Shown: one piece after another, positions 1 through 9,598 of the stretch
Layout: every line of letters starts with the position of its first letter
Position numbering within the stretch: the stretch's first letter is position 1
DNA from: an uncultured Clostridia bacterium
Lineage (GTDB): Bacteria; Bacillota; Clostridia; TANB77; CAG-508
DNA length: 50,603 nucleotides
Direction of reading: 5' to 3'
Assembly: GCA_944389395.1 (NCBI GenBank)
Contig: CALXME010000004.1
Span: 1-50,603 of the forward strand
Position numbers and translations under genes: made by a program
The notes under the pieces: generated by a model
What the model was told of the DNA's origin: nothing
Seen by the model: the letters and a program-made list of their open reading frames with translations, nothing else
Databases searched by the model: none

Positions 1-87
1 TGGATGCCAAATTTTTGTTAAAAATTTGGCATCCATACCTGGAACCAATGCCAATTTTTGGGCATCCATACCTGGAACCAATGCCAA
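1..87. repeat. REP-like palindromic/direct repeat cluster
   Basis: Perfect 16-bp inverted repeat tggatgccaaattttt (1-16) / aaaaatttggcatcca (20-35). A 27-bp unit ggcatccatacctggaaccaatgccaa occurs at 28-54 and 61-87. Truncated by the window edge. Confidence 0.85.
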
Positions 88-1824
88 CTAACCTAGAACA
101 CAAGCCTCCATTGCTTCTTTTAATTCTTCCAATTTTCGACTAGCATCCTCATTGCTAGAGCCCTTTACTCCCATATACAACTTAATTTTTGGTTCTGTGC
201 CAGAAGGTCTTACACAGCACCAGTTATTATCTTCCAAAGCATAATATAAAACATTAGAAGTAGGTAATCCTGTTTTAGTTATTTCCCCTGTTTTCAGAAC
301 TTTCACAACATCTTTTTCAATATCTTTAAATATTAATACTTGATAATTCCCGATTTTTTTAATATCACTATTTCTCATTTTAGTCATCATATCTTTAATC
401 TCTTGTGCACCTTGAGGACCTTCTCTTACAATAGAAACTTGAGTTTCTTTATAATATCCATATTTTTCATAAATATCTTGCATTGCATCCCACAAGGTCT
501 TTCCTTTAGCTCTATAATAACATGCAGCTTCACAAAGAGCCATAACTGCTGAAATTCCATCTTTATCTCTAGCATAATCTCCAATCAAACAGCCATAACT
601 TTCTTCGAATCCAAATACATAAGTTTTATCATGTTCTTCTTCTGCCTTTTTCATAACTGCCCCAATATTTTTAAAACCTGTTAGAACCTCAATACATTCT
701 AAATGATAATATTTTGCGATTGCTTTTGCCAAATCAGAAGAAACAACAGTTGTAATAAACATACCATTATCAGGTAATATTCCTTTTTCCTGCATTTGAG
801 AAATTCTATATTCTGCAATTAAAAGTGCTGACATATTTCCTGTATATTCCATATATTCACCAGTTCTACTATCTTTTGCAAATATCCCCAATCTGTCTGC
901 ATCAGGGTCAGTTGCAAGCACAACATCTGCATCTACTTTTTTAGCTAACTCTAATGCCATTTTAAATGCTTTTTTATCTTCTGGATTTGGATAATCTACT
1001 GTTGGAAAATTACCATCTGGTTCTTTTTGCTCTGGTACCACATAAACATTAGCTAATCCTAATTCTTTTAATAACTTTTCAGCTATGGTATTTCCTGTTC
1101 CATGTAAAGGAGTATACACAACCTTTAGTTTTTTCCCTTCCTCTTTCATAATTTCAGGATTTAATACTGCCTTTTTTAAAACTGTTAAATATTTTTCATC
1201 CATCTCTAGTCCAATTATTTTTAATAAACCTTTTTCTTCCGCTTCTTCTTTTGTTATCTTTTTAACTTCTGAAAAATTCTTGATATCTCTTACTTTTTGA
1301 ATAATATCTTTATCCCTTGGAGCTACAATTTGTGCACCATCATCCCAATATACTTTATAACCATTGTATTTTGGAGGATTATGACTGGCTGTAATCATAA
1401 CTCCTGCTGTACATCCTAAAGTTCTAACAGCAAAAGATAACTCTGGGACTGGTCTTAAGTTTTCAAATAAATATGCTGTAATTCCATTTGCACACAGAAT
1501 TAATGCTGTTTGCAGACTAAATTCTTTTGACATTTTTCTAGAATCATAACTAATAGCAACTCCTTTTTCTTGTGTTCCTTGTTCTAAAATATAATTAGCA
1601 AGTCCTTGTGTTGCCTTTCCTACAGTATAATAATTCATTCTATTAGTACCAGCTCCTATAATTCCTCTTAATCCTGCTGTACCAAATTCAAGTTCTTTGT
1701 AAAATCTATCTTCTATTTCCTCTTTATTGTCTTTAATATCTAATAATTCTTTTTTAGTTTCTTCATCAAATTCTGGACTTTCACACCATTTTTTGTATTC
1801 TTCTAAATAATCCATCTTTATCAT
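88..1824 (-). CDS. pgm: Phospho-sugar mutase (phosphoglucomutase/phosphomannomutase)
   Basis: Motifs FGTAGLRG, TASHNP (catalytic Ser), DPDADR (metal loop), FEESYG and RPSGTEPK. The start may be the ATG at 1815. Confidence 0.93.
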   Translation of the reverse strand: MIKMDYLEEYKKWCESPEFDEETKKELLDIKDNKEEIEDRFYKELEFGTAGLRGIIGAGTNRMNYYTVGKATQGLANYILEQGTQEKGVAISYDSRKMSKEFSLQTALILCANGITAYLFENLRPVPELSFAVRTLGCTAGVMITASHNPPKYNGYKVYWDDGAQIVAPRDKDIIQKVRDIKNFSEVKKITKEEAEEKGLLKIIGLEMDEKYLTVLKKAVLNPEIMKEEGKKLKVVYTPLHGTGNTIAEKLLKELGLANVYVVPEQKEPDGNFPTVDYPNPEDKKAFKMALELAKKVDADVVLATDPDADRLGIFAKDSRTGEYMEYTGNMSALLIAEYRISQMQEKGILPDNGMFITTVVSSDLAKAIAKYYHLECIEVLTGFKNIGAVMKKAEEEHDKTYVFGFEESYGCLIGDYARDKDGISAVMALCEAACYYRAKGKTLWDAMQDIYEKYGYYKETQVSIVREGPQGAQEIKDMMTKMRNSDIKKIGNYQVLIFKDIEKDVVKVLKTGEITKTGLPTSNVLYYALEDNNWCCVRPSGTEPKIKLYMGVKGSSNEDASRKLEELKEAMEACVLG

Positions 1825-1966
1825 CCTTTCTTTAAATTTTAAAATTTATTTCTTGTATATATTATCACAAATAAGAAAAGGATAAAAGAGTAATCTAAAA
1901 ATAAATAATAAAAAAGTTACTAATTGTTACAATTCACAGCTGTTTTATATAATATTAGAAAAGACA

Positions 1967-1998
1967 AACCCTTTCCTCTTTTGAATAAGGAAAGGGTT
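1967..1998. terminator. Intrinsic terminator-like hairpin
   Basis: aaccctttcct ... aggaaagggtt inverted repeat downstream of the 70-aa minus-strand ORF. Confidence 0.6.
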
Positions 1999-2017
1999 AA
2001 TAGATATTAAGACAAAT

Positions 2018-2230
2018 TTATAATGTCTTAATTCGAGAGATTTGTTGCTTCAGATATCCATTTGGAAGAGCATAAATACCTTCTATTTTTTTAAGCTCCT
2101 CCTCCACCTCACACGAAGGCAAGTCAAATGGTCCATAGAACATACCATCAATGGTAATGTACTTTTTCCCATATAATATTTCTGCCATTATTGTGTGTGT
2201 TCTGTAAAAAGATACCCGTTGTTGTTCCAT
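2018..2230 (-). CDS. Hypothetical protein, 70 aa
   Basis: GAGGAG RBS upstream of the ATG and a downstream hairpin. No recognised family. Codon 5 is CGG. Confidence 0.55.
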   Translation of the reverse strand: MEQQRVSFYRTHTIMAEILYGKKYITIDGMFYGPFDLPSCEVEEELKKIEGIYALPNGYLKQQISRIKTL

Positions 2231-2326
2231 AGTGAATACTCTCCTCTCTATAATTTAATCAAATAAGATTGTAACATAATTAGACAAAAAAGTCAAAAAA
2301 AGAAACTTCCTTCAGTTTCTTTTCAT

Positions 2327-3577
2327 TTAATCTAAATGATAAAATTTTTTATACAGCTTTCTTGCTGTTCTTGGGCAATCTATATTAACATCATCTGAAT
2401 TTTTAACTGGTGCAAATTCTTCTTCTCTCTTTACACGAAGTACAGCCATCTTATCTACCGCTCCAAAAGCATCAAATAAAAATGCTTCAAATTTATATGC
2501 ATTTGGAGAATCTGGAACAACTAAATTTCCATCTTTATCAATATATTTTGCTTTTTTATAAGCTAAATGGTATGGCAATGGTGCTTCTCCCATTCTTTCA
2601 ATTGCAGAAACACTAAATAAATTACACAAAATATGAGATTCCCCATAAAGTAATTCTCCATTTTCGTCTGTGGCTCCTGCCATTTCATCTGTAATCTCTG
2701 AATATTCAATTACATTTGGTTTTCCATTTCTTTTACAAAAAACTCCTACTTTCTCATGTGGATTATCTTTTACTACAGATTTACAAGCAACTGTTACTTG
2801 CTCATCTATAGCAATTCCCATTAAAACAGGGTCTACCATTTTAACTAAACAGTTATCTACTCCACCAATAAAAACCCATTCTATTCCTAAGTGTTTCATT
2901 TTTTCTATCATTCCGCTTTTTACTAAAGCTTCATAAATACCACCATGTCCATTGGCTGCCTGTTTTACTAATCCATCTTCTCCAATTAGAATTTTTCCTT
3001 CTGTATCCATCATTGGTATTTCACCTTGTACAAAGAAAAAGATATTTTTGTCTTTTTGATATCCAAAGTATTTATGTTTTTCGAAAAAAGCTATTGTTTC
3101 TTTATTATTTTCTTTACTAGTCATAATAAACCAAGGAATTGTAACATCATATTTTTTACCTTCTTCTTTTAAACTATCACATAATAATTCAAATAAAGAT
3201 TTATGAGAATCTAATCCAATATCAAAAGTTCCTTTTGGCCCATCATGTCCTAATCTTGTTCCTTGTCCGCCTGCCATTGTAACAGCAGCAAGCTTTCCCT
3301 CTCGTATAGCTTTTTTACCTATATTTTCATAATATTTATATTTTTCATTTAATTTATATTTATCTAAATATTCCATTGGTGTTATTTTATCTTCACCGTG
3401 CTTTTTTTCTTTTTTTGTTGATTGATATAAAGATTGCATTAATTCAAAATCAATTGCTTCAATTTGCTCTACCAATATTTTTTTATGAACATCATCTAAA
3501 TTTTCGTATTGATTTAATAAATGTTCTTGTCCGTATTTCTTTAATATTACTTTTATTTCTTCTAATCTTCTGTCCAT
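2327..3577 (-). CDS. UDPGP-family uridylyltransferase (UDP-N-acetylhexosamine pyrophosphorylase-like)
   Basis: Motifs MAGGQGTRLG..GPKG, NGHGG, VDN, EYSE, KFEAFLFD and EEFAPVKN. Start taken at MDRR (3577), after an AAGGG SD-like sequence. Confidence 0.88.
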   Translation of the reverse strand: MDRRLEEIKVILKKYGQEHLLNQYENLDDVHKKILVEQIEAIDFELMQSLYQSTKKEKKHGEDKITPMEYLDKYKLNEKYKYYENIGKKAIREGKLAAVTMAGGQGTRLGHDGPKGTFDIGLDSHKSLFELLCDSLKEEGKKYDVTIPWFIMTSKENNKETIAFFEKHKYFGYQKDKNIFFFVQGEIPMMDTEGKILIGEDGLVKQAANGHGGIYEALVKSGMIEKMKHLGIEWVFIGGVDNCLVKMVDPVLMGIAIDEQVTVACKSVVKDNPHEKVGVFCKRNGKPNVIEYSEITDEMAGATDENGELLYGESHILCNLFSVSAIERMGEAPLPYHLAYKKAKYIDKDGNLVVPDSPNAYKFEAFLFDAFGAVDKMAVLRVKREEEFAPVKNSDDVNIDCPRTARKLYKKFYHLD

Positions 3578-3682
3578 TGCTATCGCCCTTTCTAACATCG
3601 TTTTTTAGTACAAATAAAACAGATAATAAAATTATCTGCTTTATATTTATACACCATTTTTATAAAATTAGCAACAGTTTTC

Positions 3683-4156
3683 CTATAATTTTTCTATTTC
3701 TTTTTCTCCTGAAGTGCTTAAAATTCTTTTGTAAGAAGCCATTACTTCATCCATATTACTTCCAATTTCTTCAATATCATAACAATCCACAACTTTTATA
3801 TTAGAATTATTCTTTACCCAATTTTCTATATTTTTATTAACATTACGAATATAATTTTCTTTTCCTTTAATAAATATTGTAACTTTATTTTGATTTTCCA
3901 CATCTTTCTTTATCTCTTTAAATTTCGTAAAATCATCGTTTTTCCAATTAATAGATAATATTTTTTCTTTTCTTTCTTCTTTAAAATTCATTTTAGAAAG
4001 CAAAGTTTTAATAGTATCTTCTAAATCATTCTCAGTCAAAATAATAATTTCTTCATTTCCTTCTAATTTTTTATTAATATAAGGTAAACTTATCATTTCA
4101 AAATGATAATCACTTACAAAAAATGTACAAGTTTTTTCTTTTGTTTCTTTATTCAT
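3683..4156 (-). CDS. Hypothetical protein, 157 aa
   Basis: Open ORF with an AAGGA RBS and typical codon usage. Confidence 0.7.
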   Translation of the reverse strand: MNKETKEKTCTFFVSDYHFEMISLPYINKKLEGNEEIIILTENDLEDTIKTLLSKMNFKEERKEKILSINWKNDDFTKFKEIKKDVENQNKVTIFIKGKENYIRNVNKNIENWVKNNSNIKVVDCYDIEEIGSNMDEVMASYKRILSTSGEKEIEKL

Positions 4157-4287
4157 GAAAACATTCCTTCTTTCTCTTTCAGAATTATTACGGAAATCTA
4201 AGTTTGCGTTATTTTTGTTTACTGGTAAATTTTACCATTTATTATCAAATATGTCAATAATATTTCAAATAAAATTCATCGTCTTTT

Positions 4288-4294
4288 TTCGACA
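4288..4294 (-). promoter_or_regulatory. Possible Spo0A box upstream of spoIIR
   Basis: ttcgaca is the reverse complement of the TGTCGAA consensus. It is followed by a GTATA...GTTAATAAT sequence loosely resembling a sigma-F promoter. Confidence 0.35.
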
Positions 4295-4369
4295 ATGTAT
4301 AAAATTTTCAAATTTGTTAATAATTAAAGTAAAGAATTTTTTTGAAAAAAAGTAGTTTGGAGGCAAAAA

Positions 4370-5032
4370 ATGAAAAATATATTTTATATCTTTAAAAATT
4401 CCAAGGTAAAAATGGTAATTATTCTTAGTTTTTTATTATTTTTATATACTACAATTTGTGCTATTTCTTACGCACAAACTGTTTCTTCTAATATATCCGA
4501 AAGTGTATTTAGATTACATGTTATTGCAAATAGTGATAGTCAAGAAGACCAAAATTTAAAATATATTGTACGTGACAATTTACTTTCTTATATGAATGAA
4601 ATTTGTGCTAATGTAAATAATAAAGCAGAAGCCATAGAAATTGCAAAACAAAATGAAGCAGAATTTAAACAAATAGCAATTCAAACAATCCAAGAACAAG
4701 GTTATTCTTATGATGTCAATATCTCTATTGGTAATTTTGAATTTCCTACCAAACAATATGGTGATATTAGCTTGCCAGCAGGATATTATGATGCTTTAAG
4801 AGTAGAAATAGGAGAAGCAAAAGGACAAAATTGGTGGTGTGTTATGTTTCCTCCTCTTTGCTTTGTAGATATCTCTTCTGGGATTGTACCAGAAGAATCT
4901 AAAGAATTAATACAAAATAATTTAAATGAAGAAGAATTTGCACTTGTTTCTGACCATAATCCAGAAATACAATTCAAATTTAAATTATTAGAATTCTTTA
5001 CCAATAATGGATTAATTACTGCGAAAAAATAA
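4370..5032 (+). CDS. spoIIR: Stage II sporulation protein R
   Basis: Motifs FRLHVIANSDS..DQ.LK..VRD, FPTKQYG..LPAG.Y.ALRV.IG...GQNWWCVMFPPLCF. N-terminal signal peptide. Confidence 0.95.
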   Translation: MKNIFYIFKNSKVKMVIILSFLLFLYTTICAISYAQTVSSNISESVFRLHVIANSDSQEDQNLKYIVRDNLLSYMNEICANVNNKAEAIEIAKQNEAEFKQIAIQTIQEQGYSYDVNISIGNFEFPTKQYGDISLPAGYYDALRVEIGEAKGQNWWCVMFPPLCFVDISSGIVPEESKELIQNNLNEEEFALVSDHNPEIQFKFKLLEFFTNNGLITAKK

Positions 5033-5160
5033 ACACCTAAAATATTGCAATAATTTTAACTTTATGTTATATTAATTTGTAGAATAGAGTGTTACATATA
5101 TTTACACTCTATTTTTAAATGGATTATATAAAATAGATATATTTATTGGGGGTAATTTAA

Positions 5161-6420
5161 TTGGAAAAATTAGTAGTAACTGGTCCTACTTCGCTAAAAG
5201 GTGAAGTAACCATAAGCGGAGCAAAAAATGCAGCAGTAGCAATATTGCCAGCAACACTTTTAATAGATGGTGTTTGCACTATTGAAAATTTACCAAATAT
5301 AAGTGATATTAAAATTTCATGTACAATACTTGAAAAACTAGGAGCAAAAATCACTTGGAATAATAAAAACAGTATTACTATTGATACTTCAAACATTACA
5401 ACCACAAAAGCACCTTTAGATTTAACTAGTAAATTTAGGGCTTCTTACTATATCATAGGAGCCATGCTTGGTAGAAAAGGAGAAATAGAAGTAGGAATGC
5501 CTGGTGGTTGCAAATTAGGTGCAAGACCAATTGATCAACACATTAAAGGTTTTGAATTATTAGGTGCTAATGTAACAGTAGAAAAAGGAAAAATCTATGC
5601 AAAAGCAAAAAAGCTAAAAGGTAGTCCTGTTTACATGGATATTGTATCTGTAGGAGCAACCATTAATGTTATGCTAGCTGCTGTTCTAGCAAAAGGAACT
5701 ACTATTATTGATAATGCTGCTAAAGAACCCCATATCGTAGATGTTGCAAACTTTCTAAACACAATGGGTGCTGATATTAGAGGTGCTGGAACAGATGTTA
5801 TAAAAATTAATGGTGTTGAAAAATTACACGGAAATGCCACATATTCTGTTGTACCAGACCAAATTGAAGCAGGAACATTTATGCTAGCAGCTGTTGCAAG
5901 TAGGGGCGATTTGCTAATTAAAAACTGTATTACAAAACATTTAGAATCAATTACTGCTAAAATTATAGAAATAGGCGGAAATGTAGAAGATTATAGTGAT
6001 AGTATTCGCGTTTGGTGTAATAAAAGGCCAAATAAAGCTAATATTAAAACATTACCTTATCCTGGATTTCCAACAGATTTACAACCTCAAATGGGGGTAG
6101 TATTATCACTTGCAAATGGAACTAGTATTATTAATGAAAGTATATGGGATTCTAGATTTCAATATACAGATGAATTAAACAGAATGGGAGCAAAAATCAC
6201 AGCACAAGGTAAAACAGCATTTTTTGAAGGTGTTAAAAAATTATATGGTGCTCCTGTATATTCTTCTGATTTAAGAGCTGGAGCAGCTCTTGTTATTGCT
6301 GGAATTGTTGCAGAAGGAGAAACTGATATTTATAACTTACAACATATTGATAGAGGTTATGAAAATATTGAAGAAAAATTTAGAAATATTGGAGCAAAAA
6401 TCAAAAGAGTAACAGAATAA
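5161..6420 (+). CDS. murA: UDP-N-acetylglucosamine 1-carboxyvinyltransferase
   Basis: Motifs SGAKNAA, RASYY, PGGCKLGARPIDQH (catalytic Cys), PGFPTDLQ, DLRAGAAL and HIDRGYE. Confidence 0.97.
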   Translation: MEKLVVTGPTSLKGEVTISGAKNAAVAILPATLLIDGVCTIENLPNISDIKISCTILEKLGAKITWNNKNSITIDTSNITTTKAPLDLTSKFRASYYIIGAMLGRKGEIEVGMPGGCKLGARPIDQHIKGFELLGANVTVEKGKIYAKAKKLKGSPVYMDIVSVGATINVMLAAVLAKGTTIIDNAAKEPHIVDVANFLNTMGADIRGAGTDVIKINGVEKLHGNATYSVVPDQIEAGTFMLAAVASRGDLLIKNCITKHLESITAKIIEIGGNVEDYSDSIRVWCNKRPNKANIKTLPYPGFPTDLQPQMGVVLSLANGTSIINESIWDSRFQYTDELNRMGAKITAQGKTAFFEGVKKLYGAPVYSSDLRAGAALVIAGIVAEGETDIYNLQHIDRGYENIEEKFRNIGAKIKRVTE

Positions 6421-6454
6421 TTTTTATAATAAACAAAGGAAAGAAGAGAAAAAC

Positions 6455-7243
6455 ATGCTAAATTTTTGTAGTTTATATAGTGGTAGTAGTGGAAATAGCT
6501 TACTAGTAGAAACAGAAAACACAAAATTATTAATTGATGCAGGTGTTAGTAGTAAAAAAATTGAAACTGCTTTGCAAGATATCCATATAGAACCTAGTTC
6601 GATTGATGGAATTTTAGTAACACATGAACATACAGACCATGTGCAAGGATTAGGTACTATTTCTAAAAAATTTGATTTACCTGTTTTTGTTAATCAAGAA
6701 ACATTAGATGCTATGCCAAAACAAAAAGATAAAATATCATCCAAAAATATCAAAACATTTAAAATTGCAGATAAATTTGCAATTGGAGATTTAGAAGTTA
6801 AATCTTTTTCCATTCCACATGATGCTGTGAACCCTTGTGGCTTCAATATTTGGAAAGGAAACAAGAAAATCAGTATAGCAACAGATATTGGTCAAATGAC
6901 AAATTCTATTTTAAAAGAATTAGAAGAAAGTCTATTTATCTTATTAGAAGCAAATTATGACCCAGATGTATTACGTTGCTCTTCTTATCCATTTCCTTTA
7001 AAAAATAGAATTGCAGGCCCAACTGGACATTTATCAAATGAAATGGCAGGGAAAACTATTTCTCATCTATTAAAATCAGGATTAAAAAATGCAATGCTTG
7101 GTCATTTAAGTAAAGAAAGTAATTTTCCAGAACTTGCTTATCAAACAGTATTAGATGAATTAATCTCTAATAATTATGATGAAAATACATTAACATTAAG
7201 TGTTGCAAGTAGAAATTTACATAGTAAATTAATCACTATATAG
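6455..7243 (+). CDS. MBL-fold metallo-hydrolase (YycJ/WalJ-like)
   Basis: Motifs SGSSGN, THEHTDH, PHDA, GHLSN and GHLS. Sits directly upstream of rlmH, as in other Firmicutes. Confidence 0.9.
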   Translation: MLNFCSLYSGSSGNSLLVETENTKLLIDAGVSSKKIETALQDIHIEPSSIDGILVTHEHTDHVQGLGTISKKFDLPVFVNQETLDAMPKQKDKISSKNIKTFKIADKFAIGDLEVKSFSIPHDAVNPCGFNIWKGNKKISIATDIGQMTNSILKELEESLFILLEANYDPDVLRCSSYPFPLKNRIAGPTGHLSNEMAGKTISHLLKSGLKNAMLGHLSKESNFPELAYQTVLDELISNNYDENTLTLSVASRNLHSKLITI

Positions 7244-7252
7244 GAGGAGAAC

Positions 7253-7732
7253 ATGTTAACCATTCAAATTGTTTGCATTGGTAAAATAAAAGAAACATAT
7301 TTAAAAGATGCCATTGCAGAATATACAAAAAGACTTTCTAAGTATTGTAAATTAACAATTCTTGAACTTCCAGATGAAAAAATACCAGAAAAGTTGAATT
7401 CATCTATTAGTGATGAAATTAAGAAAAAAGAATGTGATTCCATTTTAAAACATTTAAAAAAAGATTCTCATATCATCTGTTTAGATTTAACAGGAAAACA
7501 ACTCTCTTCTGAAGAATTTTCTGTACATATTCAAAATTTATCTATGCAAACAAGCCACATTACTTTTATTATTGGTGGTTCTCTTGGAATAACAGAAGAA
7601 TTATTAAAATTATCCCAAGAAAAAATTTGTTTTTCTAAAATGACATTTCCTCATCAGCTAATAAGAGTTTTTCTATTAGAACAGCTTTTTAGAGCTTTTA
7701 AAATAGCAAATGGGGAAACTTATCATCGCTAA
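7253..7732 (+). CDS. rlmH: 23S rRNA (pseudouridine1915-N3)-methyltransferase
   Basis: Motifs GKIKE, FIIGGSLG and SKMTFPHQLIRVFLLEQLFRAFKI..GETYH. Confidence 0.96.
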   Translation: MLTIQIVCIGKIKETYLKDAIAEYTKRLSKYCKLTILELPDEKIPEKLNSSISDEIKKKECDSILKHLKKDSHIICLDLTGKQLSSEEFSVHIQNLSMQTSHITFIIGGSLGITEELLKLSQEKICFSKMTFPHQLIRVFLLEQLFRAFKIANGETYHR

Positions 7733-8027
7733 TATATAATGGTATTGTAGAGGAAATATACAAAGAATTTAAAATAAAAATAGGGGCTTTTTCTTTTAAA
7801 ATATAAATTTAATAAAGGGGGAATATATTTCCTCTACAAATTTAAAAACTTTTTAAGATTTTAGAATTTCTTTTAGGATTTTTTTAGTAAGAATAGAAAT
7901 TATGCATTTTCTTACGATAAAAAATAAAGAAATAAATATTAAAATTTTTGTAATCATACAATTTGTCCTATCTAGAATAAATTTTTTATCATTATACTCT
8001 CCATTTAGCTATTTGTCAACAAAAACT

Positions 8028-8555
8028 TTACGACAAAATTCGACAAACAATCACACTAACTAAAATACCAACTATATCAGCAATAAGAGAAGAAGCTAAA
8101 ACAAATCTAGTTTTTTTTATCTTAACACAAGCTGTATATATTGCAATAGTATATAAAGTTGTTTCAGTAGAGCCCATAATAACAGAAGCAATTATTCCCA
8201 ATGTACTATCTACTCCATAATTTTTCATAATATCTGTTGCAACAGCAATAGAAGCACTTCCAGAAATAGGTCTAAGCATAGCAAGTGGCATAATTTCGCT
8301 TGGAAATTGAATAATATTTAAAAATGGTGTAATAATATTAATAATCATATTTATTATTCCAGAAGCACGCAAAGCACCTATTGCCACAAACAATCCCACT
8401 AAAGTTGGAAATATACTAAGCACAATTTCTAATCCCTCTTTTGCACCTTCTAAAAAATTATCAAATACTTTTGTTTTTTCAATTAAACCATATAATACAA
8501 TCCATAAAATAATAATTGGCATTGCTAAACTAGAAATAAAATTGACAAATGACAT
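8028..8555 (-). CDS. spmB: Spore maturation protein B
   Basis: Motifs F.EGAKEG, LRPISGS and MGSTETTLY. Membrane protein coupled to spmA. Confidence 0.93.
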   Translation of the reverse strand: MSFVNFISSLAMPIIILWIVLYGLIEKTKVFDNFLEGAKEGLEIVLSIFPTLVGLFVAIGALRASGIINMIINIITPFLNIIQFPSEIMPLAMLRPISGSASIAVATDIMKNYGVDSTLGIIASVIMGSTETTLYTIAIYTACVKIKKTRFVLASSLIADIVGILVSVIVCRILS

Positions 8556-9154
8556 TAAAGTTTCCCCTTTTTACTAAATTTAATAAATAGTTTTGTTGAT
8601 GCTATTCCGGCAACAGCTGCACAAACAGTAGCAATCCAAACAGGAAAAACTATACTTGTTGGTTCTTCTGAACCTAAAGAACTTCTTATTGCAATTACTG
8701 TTGTGGGAATAAGTTGAATAGAAGCTGTATTTAGAATAATGAAAGTTGCCATTGAATTTGTCAATGTATCTTTCTGAGAATTTTCTTTTTGCATAGACTT
8801 CATAGCTTTTAACCCTAATGGAGTAGCAGCATTTCCTAATCCTAAAATATTAGCTACCATATTCATGGCTATTTCTTGATAAACAATACTATTGCCTTGT
8901 ATTTCTGGAAATAAAAATCGAATTACTGGTTTTAAAATTCTTGTTAACTTTTGCAAAATAGTTGTCTTACTTGCAACTTGCATAATCCCATTCCACAAAC
9001 ATATTGTACCTAATAAGCTAATACATAAATTAATTGCATCTTTTGTACTTTCAAAGATAGAATTATTCAAATTTTCTAAATTACCTGAAAAAATAGCATA
9101 GGAAAAAGACAAGATAATAAAAATAGGCCATATTATATTTAACATGCTAATCAC
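8555..9154 (-). CDS. spmA: Spore maturation protein A
   Basis: Motifs NMVANILGLGNAATPLGLKAM and LNTASIQLIPTTVIAIR. Confidence 0.93.
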   Translation of the reverse strand: MISMLNIIWPIFIILSFSYAIFSGNLENLNNSIFESTKDAINLCISLLGTICLWNGIMQVASKTTILQKLTRILKPVIRFLFPEIQGNSIVYQEIAMNMVANILGLGNAATPLGLKAMKSMQKENSQKDTLTNSMATFIILNTASIQLIPTTVIAIRSSLGSEEPTSIVFPVWIATVCAAVAGIASTKLFIKFSKKGKL

Positions 9155-9275
9155 CTATCTAAATTTTATTCTATCTTTCACTTTTTTATGACAATATAAT
9201 TGACCTAAAACTATATTTATGATATAGTATAGGTGGATTGGATTATAAAATATAACTTGTTAAGGAGGATTATCA

Positions 9276-9530
9276 ATGAAATCAACTGGAATTATTAGAA
9301 GAGTCGATGAACTTGGTAGAGTAGTTATACCAATTGAAATTAGAAATCAATTCAACATTGCAGAAAAAGACCCTATCGAAATTTACGTAGACCGTTCATC
9401 TATCATACTAAAAAAATTTGAACCTAACTGCATATTCTGTGGAAATACCAAAAATTTAATAGAATATAATGATAAATTAATATGTGAAGATTGTTCAAAA
9501 AAAATTGCAGATTTAGCAGAACAAAAATAA
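9276..9530 (+). CDS. abrB: AbrB/MazE/SpoVT-family transition-state regulator with C-terminal Cys cluster
   Basis: Starts MKSTGIIRRVDELGRVVIPIEIR and carries CIFCG...CEDC. AAGGAGG RBS. Convergent with rsmI as in Bacillus. Confidence 0.92.
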   Translation: MKSTGIIRRVDELGRVVIPIEIRNQFNIAEKDPIEIYVDRSSIILKKFEPNCIFCGNTKNLIEYNDKLICEDCSKKIADLAEQK

Positions 9531-9544
9531 TAATATCGATATTA

Positions 9545-9583
9545 AAAAAGCAGTGTATTCTATATTTAAAATCACTGCCTTTT
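9545..9583. terminator. Bidirectional terminator-like hairpin between abrB and rsmI
   Basis: aaaaaagcagtg ... cactgcctttt. Confidence 0.6.
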
Positions 9584-9598
9584 AATATCTATGTTTAT

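Noticed and set aside
1..87. CRISPR array
   Set aside because: The repeat copies are separated by only 6 nt, one copy is inverted, and no cas genes are present.
7700..8027. Mobile-element insertion at the rlmH 3' end (SCC-like att site)
   Set aside because: Only ~290 bp of AT-rich spacer follows, with no recombinase or direct repeat seen.
9276..9530. AbrB/MazE as a toxin-antitoxin antitoxin
   Set aside because: There is no adjacent toxin, and the sequence and rsmI synteny match the AbrB transition-state regulator.
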